A model generated the notes under the pieces. That model was not told the origin of the DNA. It did not search any database and saw nothing but the letters and a program-made list of their open reading frames with translations. Shown one piece after another: positions 1 to 11,700 of a DNA stretch of 64,000 nt (position 1 is its first letter; every line of letters starts with the position of its first letter). The stretch spans positions 4,949 to 68,948 of the forward strand of contig NMRA01000303.1 of assembly GCA_002633005.1 (NCBI GenBank), read 5' to 3'. The stretch comes from Phoronis australis (taxonomy: Eukaryota > Animalia > Phoronida). A program made the translations under genes and the position numbers.

Positions 1-748
1 GGGGGGGGGGGGCTGTAGTAATAGCCGAGATTAGCCGACTCAGGAATCGAACCCACGACCCCCATAAAACCGGCAAGCGTGATAACCATTCAGCTAATAG
101 GCAATTTCCCATTAGCGAGTAGCTATCAGAGGCTCATATGATTCACCGGAAGCACATCTACAACAGGGCTATAGTATGTAGTTACTTCAGAGCTGGGCCG
201 CCCATCGGCATGGGCGGTGTGCACCATAGGGGGCTGATGGTATTGTCCCCCCAAGTGCTGCTCTCCCCATAGTACCAGGTGTATATCTCCACTCTAATTT
301 GGCTGAAGACAATGATTCTCAAAAACATGATACCCTAAATGATCCTTACTGACTTCGCGTGACTTGACTTGGAGAACCATCAGCAAATGAAATTGCATTG
401 GGTCAACATGATGCTCAACTATTGCTGCTACACACACAACACCAAGAACAGTTGAATCAACAAATAGCCTACTGGGCAACATTCCAAAGAAATACCACCG
501 GCAACACTCAGCAATTGTTGACCGCGAGAACTATGGTGATTGCGAAAAAAGATCGTTATAGTTCAAGCACTGAGAAAGCGTCATGGATATAAGCCATAAA
601 TTATGAAGACAACTTACCTTTTCACAAGACCAGCTTCAAACTTCATGATATGTTTGTCGTCGGAGCAGCCGCCCTCAAAGTGGTCGGAGCATATTTCGGC
701 TCCGACAGATATGGCCGACTCGACAGTCATTTTACAATGACGAGCAGT
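1..748 (-). mobile_element. Partial second copy of the 16065-21052 Kolobok-type element (matches ~19920-20665), truncated inside the THAP exon at the satellite junction
   Basis: Near-identical sequence to 19920-20665 (ORFs 294-482 and 398-592 duplicate 20211-20399 and 20315-20509). Homology stops at ...acaatgacgagcagt (748), where the 60-bp repeats begin. Confidence 0.9.
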
Positions 749-2791
749 ATCAGACCTGGTTTTGGCTTATTAACAGATACTAAAAACAACTGTCTGGCCT
801 GAAAGGATATCAAACCTGGTTTTGGATTATTAACAGATACTAGAAACAACTATCTGGCCTGAAAGGATATCAAACCCAGTTTTGGCTGATTAACAGATAC
901 TAAAAACAACTGACTGGACTGAAAGGATATCATACCTGGTTTTGGCTTATTAACAGATACTAAAAGCAGCTGTCTGGCCTGAAAGGATATCAAACCTGGT
1001 TTTGGCTTATTAACAGACCCTAAAAAACAACTGTCTGGCCTGAAGGGATATCAAACACGGTTTTGGCTTATTAACAGATACTAAAAACAACTGTCTGGCC
1101 TGAAAGGATATCAAACCCGGTTTTGGCTTATTAACAGATACTAAAAACAACTGTCTGGCCTGAAAGGATATCAAACCCTGTTTTGACTTATTAACAGGTA
1201 CTAAAAAACTGTTTCACATAAAAAGATATCAAACGCAGTTTTGGCTTATTAACAGATAACAAAAACAACTGTCAGGCCTGAATGAATATCAAACCTGGTT
1301 TTGGCTTATTAACAGATACCGAAACAACTGTCAGGCCTGAAAGGATATCAGACCTGGTATTGGCTTATTAACAGATACTAAAAACAACTGTCTGGCCTGA
1401 AAGGATATCAAACCTGCTTTTGGCTTATTAACAGATACTAAAACAACTGCCTGGCCTAAAAGAATATCAAACCTCATTTTGGCTTATTAACAGATACTAA
1501 AAACAACTGTCTTGCCTGAAAGGATATCAAACCTGGTTTTGGCTTATTAACAGATACTAAAAACAACTGTCTGGTCTGAAAGAATATCAAACCTGGTTTT
1601 GGCTTATTAACAGATACTATAAACAACTGTCTGGCCTGAAAGGATATCAAACCTGGTTTTGGCTTATTAACAGATACTAAAAACAACTGTCTGGCCTGAA
1701 GGGATATCAAACCTGGTTTTGGCTTATTAACAGATGCTAAAAACAACTGTCTGGCCTGAAAGGATATCAAACCTGGTTTTGGCTTATTAACACATACTAA
1801 AAACAACTCTCTGGCCTGAAAGGGTATCAAGCCTGGTTTTGGCTTATTAACAGATACCAAAAACAACTGTCTGCCCTGAAAGGATATCAAACCTGGTTTT
1901 GGCTTATTGACAGATAGTAAAAACAACTGTCTGGCCTGAAAGGATATCAAACCCGGTTTTGGCATATTACCAAAAACTAAAAACAATTGTCTGGGCTGAA
2001 AGGATATGAAACCTGGTTTTGGCTTATTAACAGATGCTAAAAACAACTGCCTGGCCTGAGAGGATATCAAACCTGGTGTTGGCTTATTAACAGATACTAA
2101 AAACAACTGTCTGGCAGAAAGGATATCAAACCCGGTTTTGGCTTATTAATAGATACTAAAAACAACTGTCTGGCCTGAAAGGATATCAAACCCAGTTTTC
2201 GCTTATTAACAGATACAAAAAAACTGTCTGGCATGAAAGGATATCAAACCTGTTTTTGGCTTATTAACAGATACTAAAAACAACTTCTGACCTGAAAGGA
2301 TATCAAACCCGGTTTTGGCTTATTAACAGATACTAAAAACAACTGTCTGGCCTGAAAGGATATCAAACCTGGTTTTGGCTTATAAACAGATACTAAAAAC
2401 AACTGTCTGGCCTGAAAGGATATCAAACCTGCTTTTGGCTTATTAACAGATACTAAAAACAACTGCCTGACCTAAAAGAACATCAAACCCGGTTTTGGCT
2501 TATCAACAGATACTAAAAACAACTGTCTGGCCTGAAAGGATATCAAACCTGATTTTGGCTTATTAACAGATACTGAAAACAATTGTCTGGACTGAAAGGA
2601 TGTGAAACCTGGTTTTGGCTTATTAACAGATTCTAAAAACAACTGCCTGGCCTGAGAGGATATCAAACCTGGTTTTGGCTTATAAACAGATACTAAAAAC
2701 AACTGTCTGGCCTGAAAGGATATCAAACCTGGTTTTGGCTTATTAACAGATACTAAAAACAACTGTCTGGCCTGAAAGGATATCAAACCCG

Positions 2792-2942
2792 CCTCCCGTT
2801 CAGTAACGCTAGGACCTAGCTTAAAAGCAAGACTTTGCGAGATTACGCGAGACATTGCCGTGTATTTTAAATAAGAGCGCGTGACCTTGACTAGCTTTTG
2901 GCTAGGTCCTAGCGTAGGTCCTAGCGTCTATTGAACGCACGC
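2792..2942. mobile_element. 151-bp MITE inserted in the satellite (Harbinger-like, 3-bp TSD)
   Basis: Imperfect TIRs cgttcagtaacgctaggaccta / taggtcctagcgtctattgaacg, flanked by CCG direct repeats. Removal restores aaacccggtttt. Confidence 0.8.
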
Positions 2943-4441
2943 CCGGTTTTTGCTTATTAACAGAATGATACTAAGAACAACTGTCTGGCCTGAAAGGATA
3001 TCAAACCCAGTTTTGGCTTATTAACAGATACTAAAAACAACTGTCTGGCCTGAAAGGATATCAAACCCGGTTTTGGCTTATTAACAGATACAAAAAAACT
3101 GTCTGGCCTGAAAAGATATCAAACCCAGTTTTGGCTTATTAACAGATACTAAAAACAACTGTCTGGTCTGAAAGGATATCAAACCTGGTTTTGGCTTATT
3201 AACAGATACTAAAAACAACTGTCTGGCCTGAAAGGATATCAAACCTGATTTTGGCTTATTAACAGATACTAAAAACAACTGTCTGGCCTGAAGGGATATC
3301 AAACCTGGTTTTGGCTTATTAACAGATGCTAAAAACAATTGTCTGGCCTGAAAGGATATCAAACCTGGTTTTGGCTTATTAACACATACTAAAAACAACT
3401 CTCTGGCCTGAAAGGGTATCAAACCTGGTTTTGGCTTATTAACAGATACCAAAAACAACTGTCTGCCCTGAAAGGATATCAAACCTGGTTTTGGCTTATT
3501 AACAGATACTAAAAACAACTTCTGACCTGAAAGGATATCAAACCCGGTTTTGGCTTATTAACAGATACTAAAAACAACTGTCTGGCCTGAAAGGATATCA
3601 AACGTGGTTTTGGCTTATAAACAGATACTAAAAACAACTGTCTTGCCTGAAAGGATATCAAACCTGGTTTTGGCTTATTAACAGATACTAAAAACAACTG
3701 CCTGCCTGAGAGGATATCAAACCTGGTGTTGGCTTATTAACAGATACTAAAAACAACTGTCTGGCAGAAAGGATATCAAACCCGGTTTTGGCTTATTAAT
3801 AGATACTATAAACAACTGTCTGGCCTGAAAGGATATCAAACCCAGTTTTCGCTTATTAACAGATACAAAAAAACTGTCTGGCATGAAAGGATATCAAACC
3901 TGGTTTTGGCTTATTAACAGATACTAAAAACAACTTCTGACCTGAAAGGATATCAAACCCGGTTTTGGCTTATTAACAGATACTAAAAACAACTGTCTGG
4001 CCTGAAAGGATATCAAACCTGGTTTTGGCTTATAAACAGATACTAAAAACAACTGTCTGGCCTGAAAGGATATCAAACCTGCTTTTGGCTTATTAACAGA
4101 TACTAAAAACAACTGCCTGACCTAAAAGAACATCAAACCCGGTTTTGGCTTATCAACAGATACTAAAAACAACTGTCTGGCCTGAAAGGATATCAAACCT
4201 GATTTTGGCTTATTAACAGATACTGAAAACAATTGTCTGGACTGAAAGGATGTGAAACCTGGTTTTGGCTTATTAACAGATTCTAAAAACAACTGCCTGG
4301 CCTGAGAGGATATCAAACCTGGTTTTGGCTTATAAACAGATACTAAAAACAACTGTCTGGCCTGAAAGGATATCAAACCTGGTTTTGGCTTATTAACAGA
4401 TACTAAAAACAACTGTCTGGCCTGAAAGGATATCAAACCCG

Positions 4442-4592
4442 CCTCCCGTTCAGTAACGCTAGGACCTAGCTTAAAAGCAAGACTTTGCGAGATTACGCGA
4501 GACATTGCCGTGTATTTTAAATAAGAGCGCGTGACCTTGACTAGCTTTTGGCTAGGTCCTAGCGTAGGTCCTAGCGTCTATTGAACGCACGC
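4442..4592. mobile_element. Duplicate of the 151-bp MITE, carried by the 1650-bp array duplication
   Basis: Identical sequence and identical flanks to 2792-2942, offset 1650 bp. Confidence 0.85.
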
Positions 4593-5319
4593 CCGGTTTT
4601 TGCTTATTAACAGAATGATACTAAGAACAACTGTCTGGCCTGAAAGGATATCAAACCCAGTTTTGGCTTATTAACAGATACTAAAAACAACTGTCTGGCC
4701 TGAAAGGATATCAAACCTGGTTTTGGCTTATTAACAGCTACTAAAAACAACTGTCTGGCCTGAAAGGATATCAAACCCAGTTTTGGCTTATTAACAAATA
4801 CTAAAAACAACTGTCTGGCCTGAAAATATATCTAACCTGGTTTTGGCTTATTAACAGATACTAAAAACAACTGTCTTGCCTGAAAGGATAACAAACCCGG
4901 TTTTGGCGTATTAACACATACTAAAAACAACTGTCTGGCCTGAAAGGATATCAAACCCGGTTTTGGATTATTAACAGATACTAAAAACATCTTGCTTAGC
5001 CAGTTTTCTGGAACAAAATAATGCTCTGTAACAATAGAAAACCTTCAACTTTTTTAGGAAAATTTGAAATCTCCTTTCAAAGTCTGCCAAATGGGCCAAC
5101 TCTTTTAGCGACATACACGGCAACTGTGGGGAACAGACCACCCACACGATCAAGGAGCATAATGTCCAAGTTGTGAGACAGGGGTTATGTGTTTCTAGTT
5201 AATGCCTGCGTTTATCTTCCAAGATTGTCGCTAATGATGCATTACCAGCTAACAAAACGAGGATTGCTTGAAATCATCTCAACAGGGTTTAGTATCCTTT
5301 TAAGTAACGATCGTGAAAT

Positions 5320-5487
5320 AGGCACTAGGTAGCCAAAGAGCCTATGCCAGTTATACTAAACAGGCACTAGGTAGCCAAAGAGCCTATACCAGTTTTACTA
5401 AACAAGCACTAGGTAGTCAAAGAGCCTATACCAGTTATACTAAACAGGCACTAGGTAGTCAAAGAGCATATACCAGTTATACTAAAC
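5320..5487. repeat. 42-bp minisatellite x4
   Basis: Unit aggcactaggtagccaaagagcctataccagttatactaaac. Confidence 0.95.
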
Positions 5488-5886
5488 TCACAGATCACTT
5501 ATCGTTAGGAGACTAGTATCAAATTGTTCCTTAGTCTCTGGGTTTGGAAAGAATTGTCATTTCGCCATAGCTTGAAGTCTGAACTCGAAAAATAGAGTTC
5601 TAGTTTTACTCGAAATCTCGAGTTATTACTGAGTTTTTAGCTCGCATCTAGTGGTCATCAAGTGCAAACTTGGACTAGAAACTCATCTGCGTAGACCACA
5701 ATGCACTCGAGCACAGAATATTAGACACGTATCATTGTTCTCACTAAAGAAGAAAGGAAAATGTTATAAATAATTTCGAGTTCGATTACGAGTTGAAAGA
5801 TTTGACCCCAGCCACATGACATCTAATTGAAGTTAGATTGACTGAATGGCTGAACTTTACACAGATTAGCACAAATGAACATCTAC

Positions 5887-6093
5887 CTGTACGTCAAATG
5901 GAAAGTCATCGAGTTCTAGGTTTTCAACAAAACTCCCTCTGATTCTCCTGTTTTCACAGACATAGGCTTCTCCTTTGGCATTCAGTGCGATCTGGTGTGA
6001 AATAGTTTCCTTGCATTCCCCTATAGTGTTCTCGACAAATATTTTTGGGTCCCAGTATTCGCTCTTGATTATCGCGCTCGATAAGTCAGACAC
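5887..6093 (-). CDS. Coding exon 3 of a Cys-less (Pro-loop) pentameric ligand-gated ion channel subunit, extracellular domain
   Basis: 207-nt phase-0 exon bounded by ttccag| and |gtagat. Encodes VSDLSSAIIKSEYWDPKIFVENTIGECKETISHQIALNAKGEAYVCENRRIRGSFVENLELDDFPFDVQ, with the pLGIC WxP and FPFD-x-Q motifs. Confidence 0.88.
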
Positions 6094-6983
6094 CTGGAAT
6101 ATAAATAAACAGTGATACTGCTCTGTTAGCCTCGATGCACTGTTAATGCAACTGCCACATTTCAACTTGCCGGAGGATCGCGAAAAAGTTTCCATTTACA
6201 GTTGCTGACGATGGGCACTCTTTCGGAAATCTCCGGGATAAAAAGGTGTCGGATTGCACAATCGCTGTCTACTGGCTTAATTTGGTCAGATCTCTAGTCA
6301 CAATGAATATTATTTGCATTTTACCCAAGATGTTGATGGAACAGAACGGGTTTTGCCAGCAATGTGTTTTAAATATGGAGTTTCAAGTGCGTTCAAACAA
6401 ATGCGTGCAATATTTGAGGCAAGTTAGACCCGTAGCATTTTTGCCCATAGTGTCAGTAAACACGGCAACAAGTTCGGTGTGTGCCAGTTTTGTGGTCACA
6501 AAATATCTAGCAGTAAAACGTTTGTACTGATGAACAGAAATTTGGTAGCAAATTGATAAAATCGATAGGAATGAATATGATGATGTAACAATATTAACTT
6601 TTAAGTTGTTACGTGTAGGCTGGTGAATATTTTGAACTTGTTCATTCTACTCTTAGTTAAATCCATTTTACCAACCTCAGCATCCTCTTATTTAAAAGCT
6701 AATCAAATCATGCTCTATTGATTTCAACCAAAGTTGGATTTGTCATCTGCACTTGCTCAATTAGTTGCTTCCTGAGCCAAAGACGACTAGGCTAAACAAG
6801 GATTTTGTGACTCGAACCTGTTCTTTTTTCTACACAATGGATGGGTATTTCTCTCAAGCATTACAGTCACGCTTGCCGATTGAGCAGGAATGGCTGTAAT
6901 TATTTTTTGAAGTTGGTATATGCGTTTGAAGCCTGGCCTCGTTTACGTAGCATGATAGTGTTTCAACTGAAAGCTTCAGTTAA

Positions 6984-7809
6984 AGAGACATTATAGGCGA
7001 GAAAAGTGATTTTCCAAGATCAGTCTCAGCACGGAATCAAACCTGGAACCCCGCGGTAACAGTCTATTGCTCTATTGGCGGAGCTAAACTTCCCTCGATT
7101 TCCAAATACGCTCACGGTTATGTAGTATCCCAAAAAATATCCAAAATTAGGCAAATTTTGGAACATCACATCTCACAAATGGGATTTTTATGAAAGTTTC
7201 AGACATTATAACTTATGCTATGTAGTCCAAAACTATTTTAGGAATTGTTTTAAAATTTTTCAGTTGTGCATGAGGGGCTATCAAATAACAAGACTTTTTG
7301 ACTTTTATGAAAAAGTCAATTGTGTATAATAAAAGACAGGATAATTTAGAAAAGTGATGCAGCATTTTTGATATTTCATCTTGAACATTTATTTCAAACA
7401 AAATTTGGTCACGTTATTGAAACCGGTGTTCTGCAATTGACATTCATGAAACTTCCTTTTTTGCTGACTTTTGCTAAAAAGGCATGGTCACGTGAACCAA
7501 TTTTAACTGTCAAATTGGTAAACGGTCAAAAGTCGAGTTTTGTAAGTTTTCTACTCTCAGAAAATACATACTTTTGTTAGATTAAAATAGTTGTATTGAT
7601 AAAGTCGTACACAGCCTAAAAGCGTATTTAACTGGTCACCAACAGTTATCCCAGCGACCTGGCAGACAATTTGGCAATAGAATCACAAAGACATTGCATT
7701 TTGTTGTTTCATAACATTTCTTGGCCAAGGCTCATAACTTCAAAAAGTCTATCCCGTCCAACATTAATCCCAAAAAATGCGTTTTGGCCGTAAAATTGAC
7801 AATGTCTCT
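6984..7809. mobile_element. TTAA-flanked non-autonomous DNA transposon (Kolobok-type MITE) with an internal tRNA-like cassette
   Basis: TTAA at 6980-6983 and 7810-7813. TIR agagacattat / acaatgtctct. Related ends recur at 57811-58134 and ~34213-34430. Confidence 0.75.
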
Positions 7810-7852
7810 TTAAAGTTTTCTAAGTTGGCCTAGGCAGTGTTTAGCAAATTAC

Positions 7853-7978
7853 CGATGAAACATCGTCAAGTCGAGGTTCCCGCCATTTACACTTGATCAG
7901 GACGTCAGCCGAAAACTGTTCTCGTATTGTGTCGATTTCACCCAGTTTCACGAACAAGACACACACCTCGACGGTTCG
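7853..7978 (-). CDS. Coding exon 2 of the pLGIC subunit
   Basis: 126-nt phase-0 exon (cttgcag| ... |gtaatt) encoding RTVEVCVLFVKLGEIDTIREQFSADVLIKCKWREPRLDDVSS, the beta1-beta2 region with the W-x-(D/E)-PRL motif. Not in the ORF track. Confidence 0.88.
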
Positions 7979-8309
7979 CTGCAAGAGAGGTAACAGCAAT
8001 TTAAACATTGGGCTGCGTTCTGTAGAACAAATTTCTTGTGAGAAAAGCTAGATCGAGTCAGACTGAGCGAGATATCGTCATGCGAAGCATGTGATCACAC
8101 TAGTTTTACTCGCGAGTGTATTGTGTCTTCAGATTGCAGTGTTTAAAGGAGAATGCCACCCGATTTAATTTTTCTTTTCACCGTCTTGATCGCTCTAATT
8201 CCACATCGCCTCTTATACGATCGATGTCACCTTGCCGAGAGGTGTCGCCTTAACCTGTGAGGAAGGTGAGAAGCGACGCAGCGACGTCAGTGGTTCGTCT
8301 GCAGAGTGA

Positions 8310-8556
8310 ATGCCGCTACATTGCGGTGCAGCATCGGTTCCCGATTGTCCGAACTATGAAGCTGCTAAGAAAGCGGGTATATCGTTTAGTCGACTTCCTC
8401 GAGAGCCCGAAATGCTTAGAAAGTGACTGGCGGTAGTGAAGAGTGAAAGGTATGCTGCTAATAGCAAGTATGAGGACGTGAAACATCTCCGTGTCTGTAG
8501 CCAGCATTTCGTCGACAGTAATTTCTCTGACGAATTCCGGCTTACCAAAGAACTAT
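8310..8556 (+). pseudogene. THAP-domain 5' stub of transposase
   Basis: MPLHCGAASVPDCPNYEAAKKAGISFSRLPREPEMLRK*LAVVKSER...KHLRVCSQHFVDSNF: THAP C2CH pattern with a stop at the conserved Trp (TGG in the sister copy). Confidence 0.8.
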
Positions 8557-8719
8557 CCATACGTTCCGTTGCCTGTGCATGTTCACGGCGCCTCTCTAGT
8601 ATTGCTTGATCAGTGTATTCCGGTTCGAACTGATAGCCTGTGAAACCTAACGATTCATCTGTGAAGACTTCGTCGGATGAGCTTTTGACTAACTCGGGAT
8701 TGGCCCCGGCGACTTGCAA
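8557..8719 (-). pseudogene. 5' stub of KolX / P2X7-ballast-like accessory gene
   Basis: Acidic N-terminus with GYQFEPEYTDQAILERRREHAQATER, the type of segment that precedes the WCxC motif in this family. Convergent with the THAP stub, as in family A. Confidence 0.55.
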
Positions 8720-11700
8720 TGTAGACGTTTATTATTCTGCGCCCTTTTTCAAAATGAATTATTCTCATCCTGAAATGATCCTAACCAATGCAGCTTATAT
8801 GAAACTGAAAAAAGTTTGTCTCATTAGACATTATTTGTAATGCCTTGGAGTGCTCGTGAGTGCAGATGTTTTGAGAAACCAGTAAGGAATAAACCACTGC
8901 GTTACAGGTTTTTGATGCCGGCAACAAAGGTAGGCAACGAGGCCGTGTGAGCGCATGCTAATTCAGTATTTGCTGACAGAAAGCTGTTGTGAAACAATAC
9001 GATTTTATATGCTATTGTCACATGTTAGGGGAATCTTTATTTAGAAATACAAATACATTATTCAAATCATTGTTGCTGTACAACCTTTGCCCTGACGATC
9101 TGTGGAAGGGGAACCCGCCTTCGCAACACCGTCAACTGAGTAGATTTTCAGTTTCGTTACGGGCTAATTCACATAAATAATTACGTGCACATTATTTCTT
9201 TGGCTCACTATTATAGTCCTTTTCGTGACTGGACATTTAGTATCCAACTCAAGCTGGTTTATGTTCGTGCCAGTCCCGGCGGCCGCGACGGGCCTGGTCG
9301 GGTTCCAAGCCACTGGCCGGGATAACGAGTCAGTCCGACCGCGGCGGGCCTGATCGGGTTCCGAGCCACTGGCCGGGATAACAAGCGTTTTGTGTGTTTA
9401 GAACTCAAAAAATCACAAGGTTAGTATAAACAACACAGATATAGGTTCTCATGTCCGGAAGAATACTTCGAATTTATCTTCGAACTGACCCCAAACTCCT
9501 GCTACGGACCTTGGTAAATTGACCTGCCGAACTGTGTAGGCTACGGTGTGTCTAAATAAACAGTAAATCCGAAACAGCGAAATAAAACAACACGTTTTTA
9601 TAAGAACTCTGTGTATTTTTAAGGGTTTTACATCGAAGTTTGATGATTTATTGGTGTTAAACGATGAATTCAAGCGATAAGCTGACACCACTAACCCGTG
9701 TTGAGAACTGTTGAAAAGACTGCGTGTGAAACCAATTACGTCATTGGATAATTTCAACACCTTCGTCTGCCGTCAGGTGTCAGGTAACGCAGCCGAACCT
9801 GCCGTTATCGAGTAGAACTATTCGATCTAAATTGATACAAAATGGGTTTTTTGCGTGGCATTCTCCTTTAAAGTCAAGCCTTGAACACTACATGGCTTTC
9901 ATTTATGTAGTGGATGGCGTTAACTGCTCATGAACTTTTCGGCCACTACGATATGTTCGTAGGCATACACGCGCATTCACTGAGAATGCGAAAGTATTTG
10001 ACTCCTTATATCCCATCTGTATACATTTGATATAAGGGACATTCCACATTAGTTAACGATTAGGCATATTTCTAAAATGAGCGACAACGATTTCTGTCAC
10101 AACTTGTAGCACCTTCGGAACATCTTTGATCTATAACTTTTAATACATGGGCCACTTGTACAGAACTGCTGGGATAGACAACTCATGTACCAGCTAGGCA
10201 ACGATATTTTGAAGGGAACATGCATCTATATGAATAAAAATGATAATAATAACGATAACGATAATAATAATAATGATATAAATAATAATGATAATGATAA
10301 TGATAATACTAATCATTTTAATTTCATTTTTTAAAGGTGTGGTATACTCTTCCCTTTTGCCAAAATGTCAATCATTTATCACAACAAAATTGGTCTCTTG
10401 TTGTTCCTTACTCGAGATTGAGAAGAACTGGCAACTCGTTATTGCTTCAGTTCGTACTCCCAAAGCTTGATCGCCATACCAGGTTAGTTTCTGTCGCCAA
10501 ACCAGTGAGGTGGTCGCAGTATTCACAGGTGTTTTGTTGTAACCAATTTCAGTCCAAACAAAGAATAAGAGCTCTATGACGTTACTGTGGAAGAATTTTT
10601 TTGATATCAGGGCCCGGGGTATAAAGTCTGTATTCGAAACCCGATTCTAAAATTTTGTAAGTTGTATGACAGGTTTGGAGTAAATGTACAAATTTGTATT
10701 GGCTTCATGTGGTGTAATTGTTTAAAGTGATATTAAACCGTGTTTTGATGATTTCAACCAATCCTCCTCTGAACGATGACACTTCAGGAATCAACTAAAA
10801 AACTAATAATCTCTATGTCACAGGTTGGATATTATGATTCTTGGGCAGAGGTCTCACTACTGAGCCGTCGTCTAATTCACTGAAAGTGTAGATCACGCTT
10901 GCTCGTTTAGCAGATTTTGAAGGGAGTTTTCACATTTTCCTCCAAACTTTTGGGTTGTCGAGGATTACAGATCAGTGTTTTGTTTCAGAGAATTTGATGG
11001 AAACGTCGTTTCAGTATTTCTTAATAGGCCAAAACCCGGTTTGGTATCCTTTTAAGTTTCTATTCTGAGTTTGTAGAATAGACTTTGGGGCCAGAACATA
11101 GTTTGAGGCTGCATTAATGTATCATACAGCAAACAGGCTCACATACTCCGTATACAAACCTGTTTTAGTGCCTTTTGACAACAGCAATCAAAATGAATAT
11201 CTGTGACGTCATTGGTTCTTATATAACAGACGTGAAATACATTGAAATGCAAGTTTCTGGTACGCCATTTTGTTGTAGATTCGATGGAAACCCGTACACT
11301 GGACTTTCCTCTGGAATCTTTGGGAATTTTAAGATCACGTCTATGAGCAATTACTGAATCGTCCGCAATTTGATCCGTCCTTGGTGTTCTGATGTTCCTT
11401 GAGGTCCTTGCTCTTGTTCAACTGATGACGCCACGTCTCGTTCTAGGATTTCCCTGGTTAGAGTTGCGTAGACGCAAGTTTGTGATACACCATTTTTGCT
11501 TATAGATCGCAGGATTCGATGGAAACCCGAACACTGCTGGTGTAGACTTTCCCTGGGGTCTTTGGGACTTTTAAGAGCATGTGTATGGGTTTCGTCGCAC
11601 AAGTAATAACCGAATTGGCTCTTTCTTAGATTTTCCTGGTTAGAGTTGCGTAGACGCAAGAATATCTCGCTTACGAAATTAGTAGGCCTATCACCGTGTG

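Larger units (their letters stand above)
749..4989. repeat. 60-bp tandem satellite, roughly 65 units
   Basis: Head-to-tail unit aaacctggttttggcttattaacagatactaaaaacaactgtctggcctgaaaggatatc with point variants and no spacers. Confidence 0.98.
8147..9867 (+). mobile_element. Internally deleted Kolobok-type DNA transposon (family B), copy 1
   Basis: TTAA TSDs (8143-8146, 9868-9871). TIR aggagaatgccac / gtggcattctcct. Convergent THAP and KolX-like gene stubs. Inverted sister at 58538-60169. Confidence 0.88.

Noticed and set aside
749-4989. CRISPR-like array or repetitive protein (LFLVSVNKPKPGLISFQARQ)n
   Set aside because: Units are head-to-tail with no unique spacers, there are no cas genes, and the context is eukaryotic. 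The ORFs arise because 60 is divisible by 3, and they are broken by frequent 1-bp indels.
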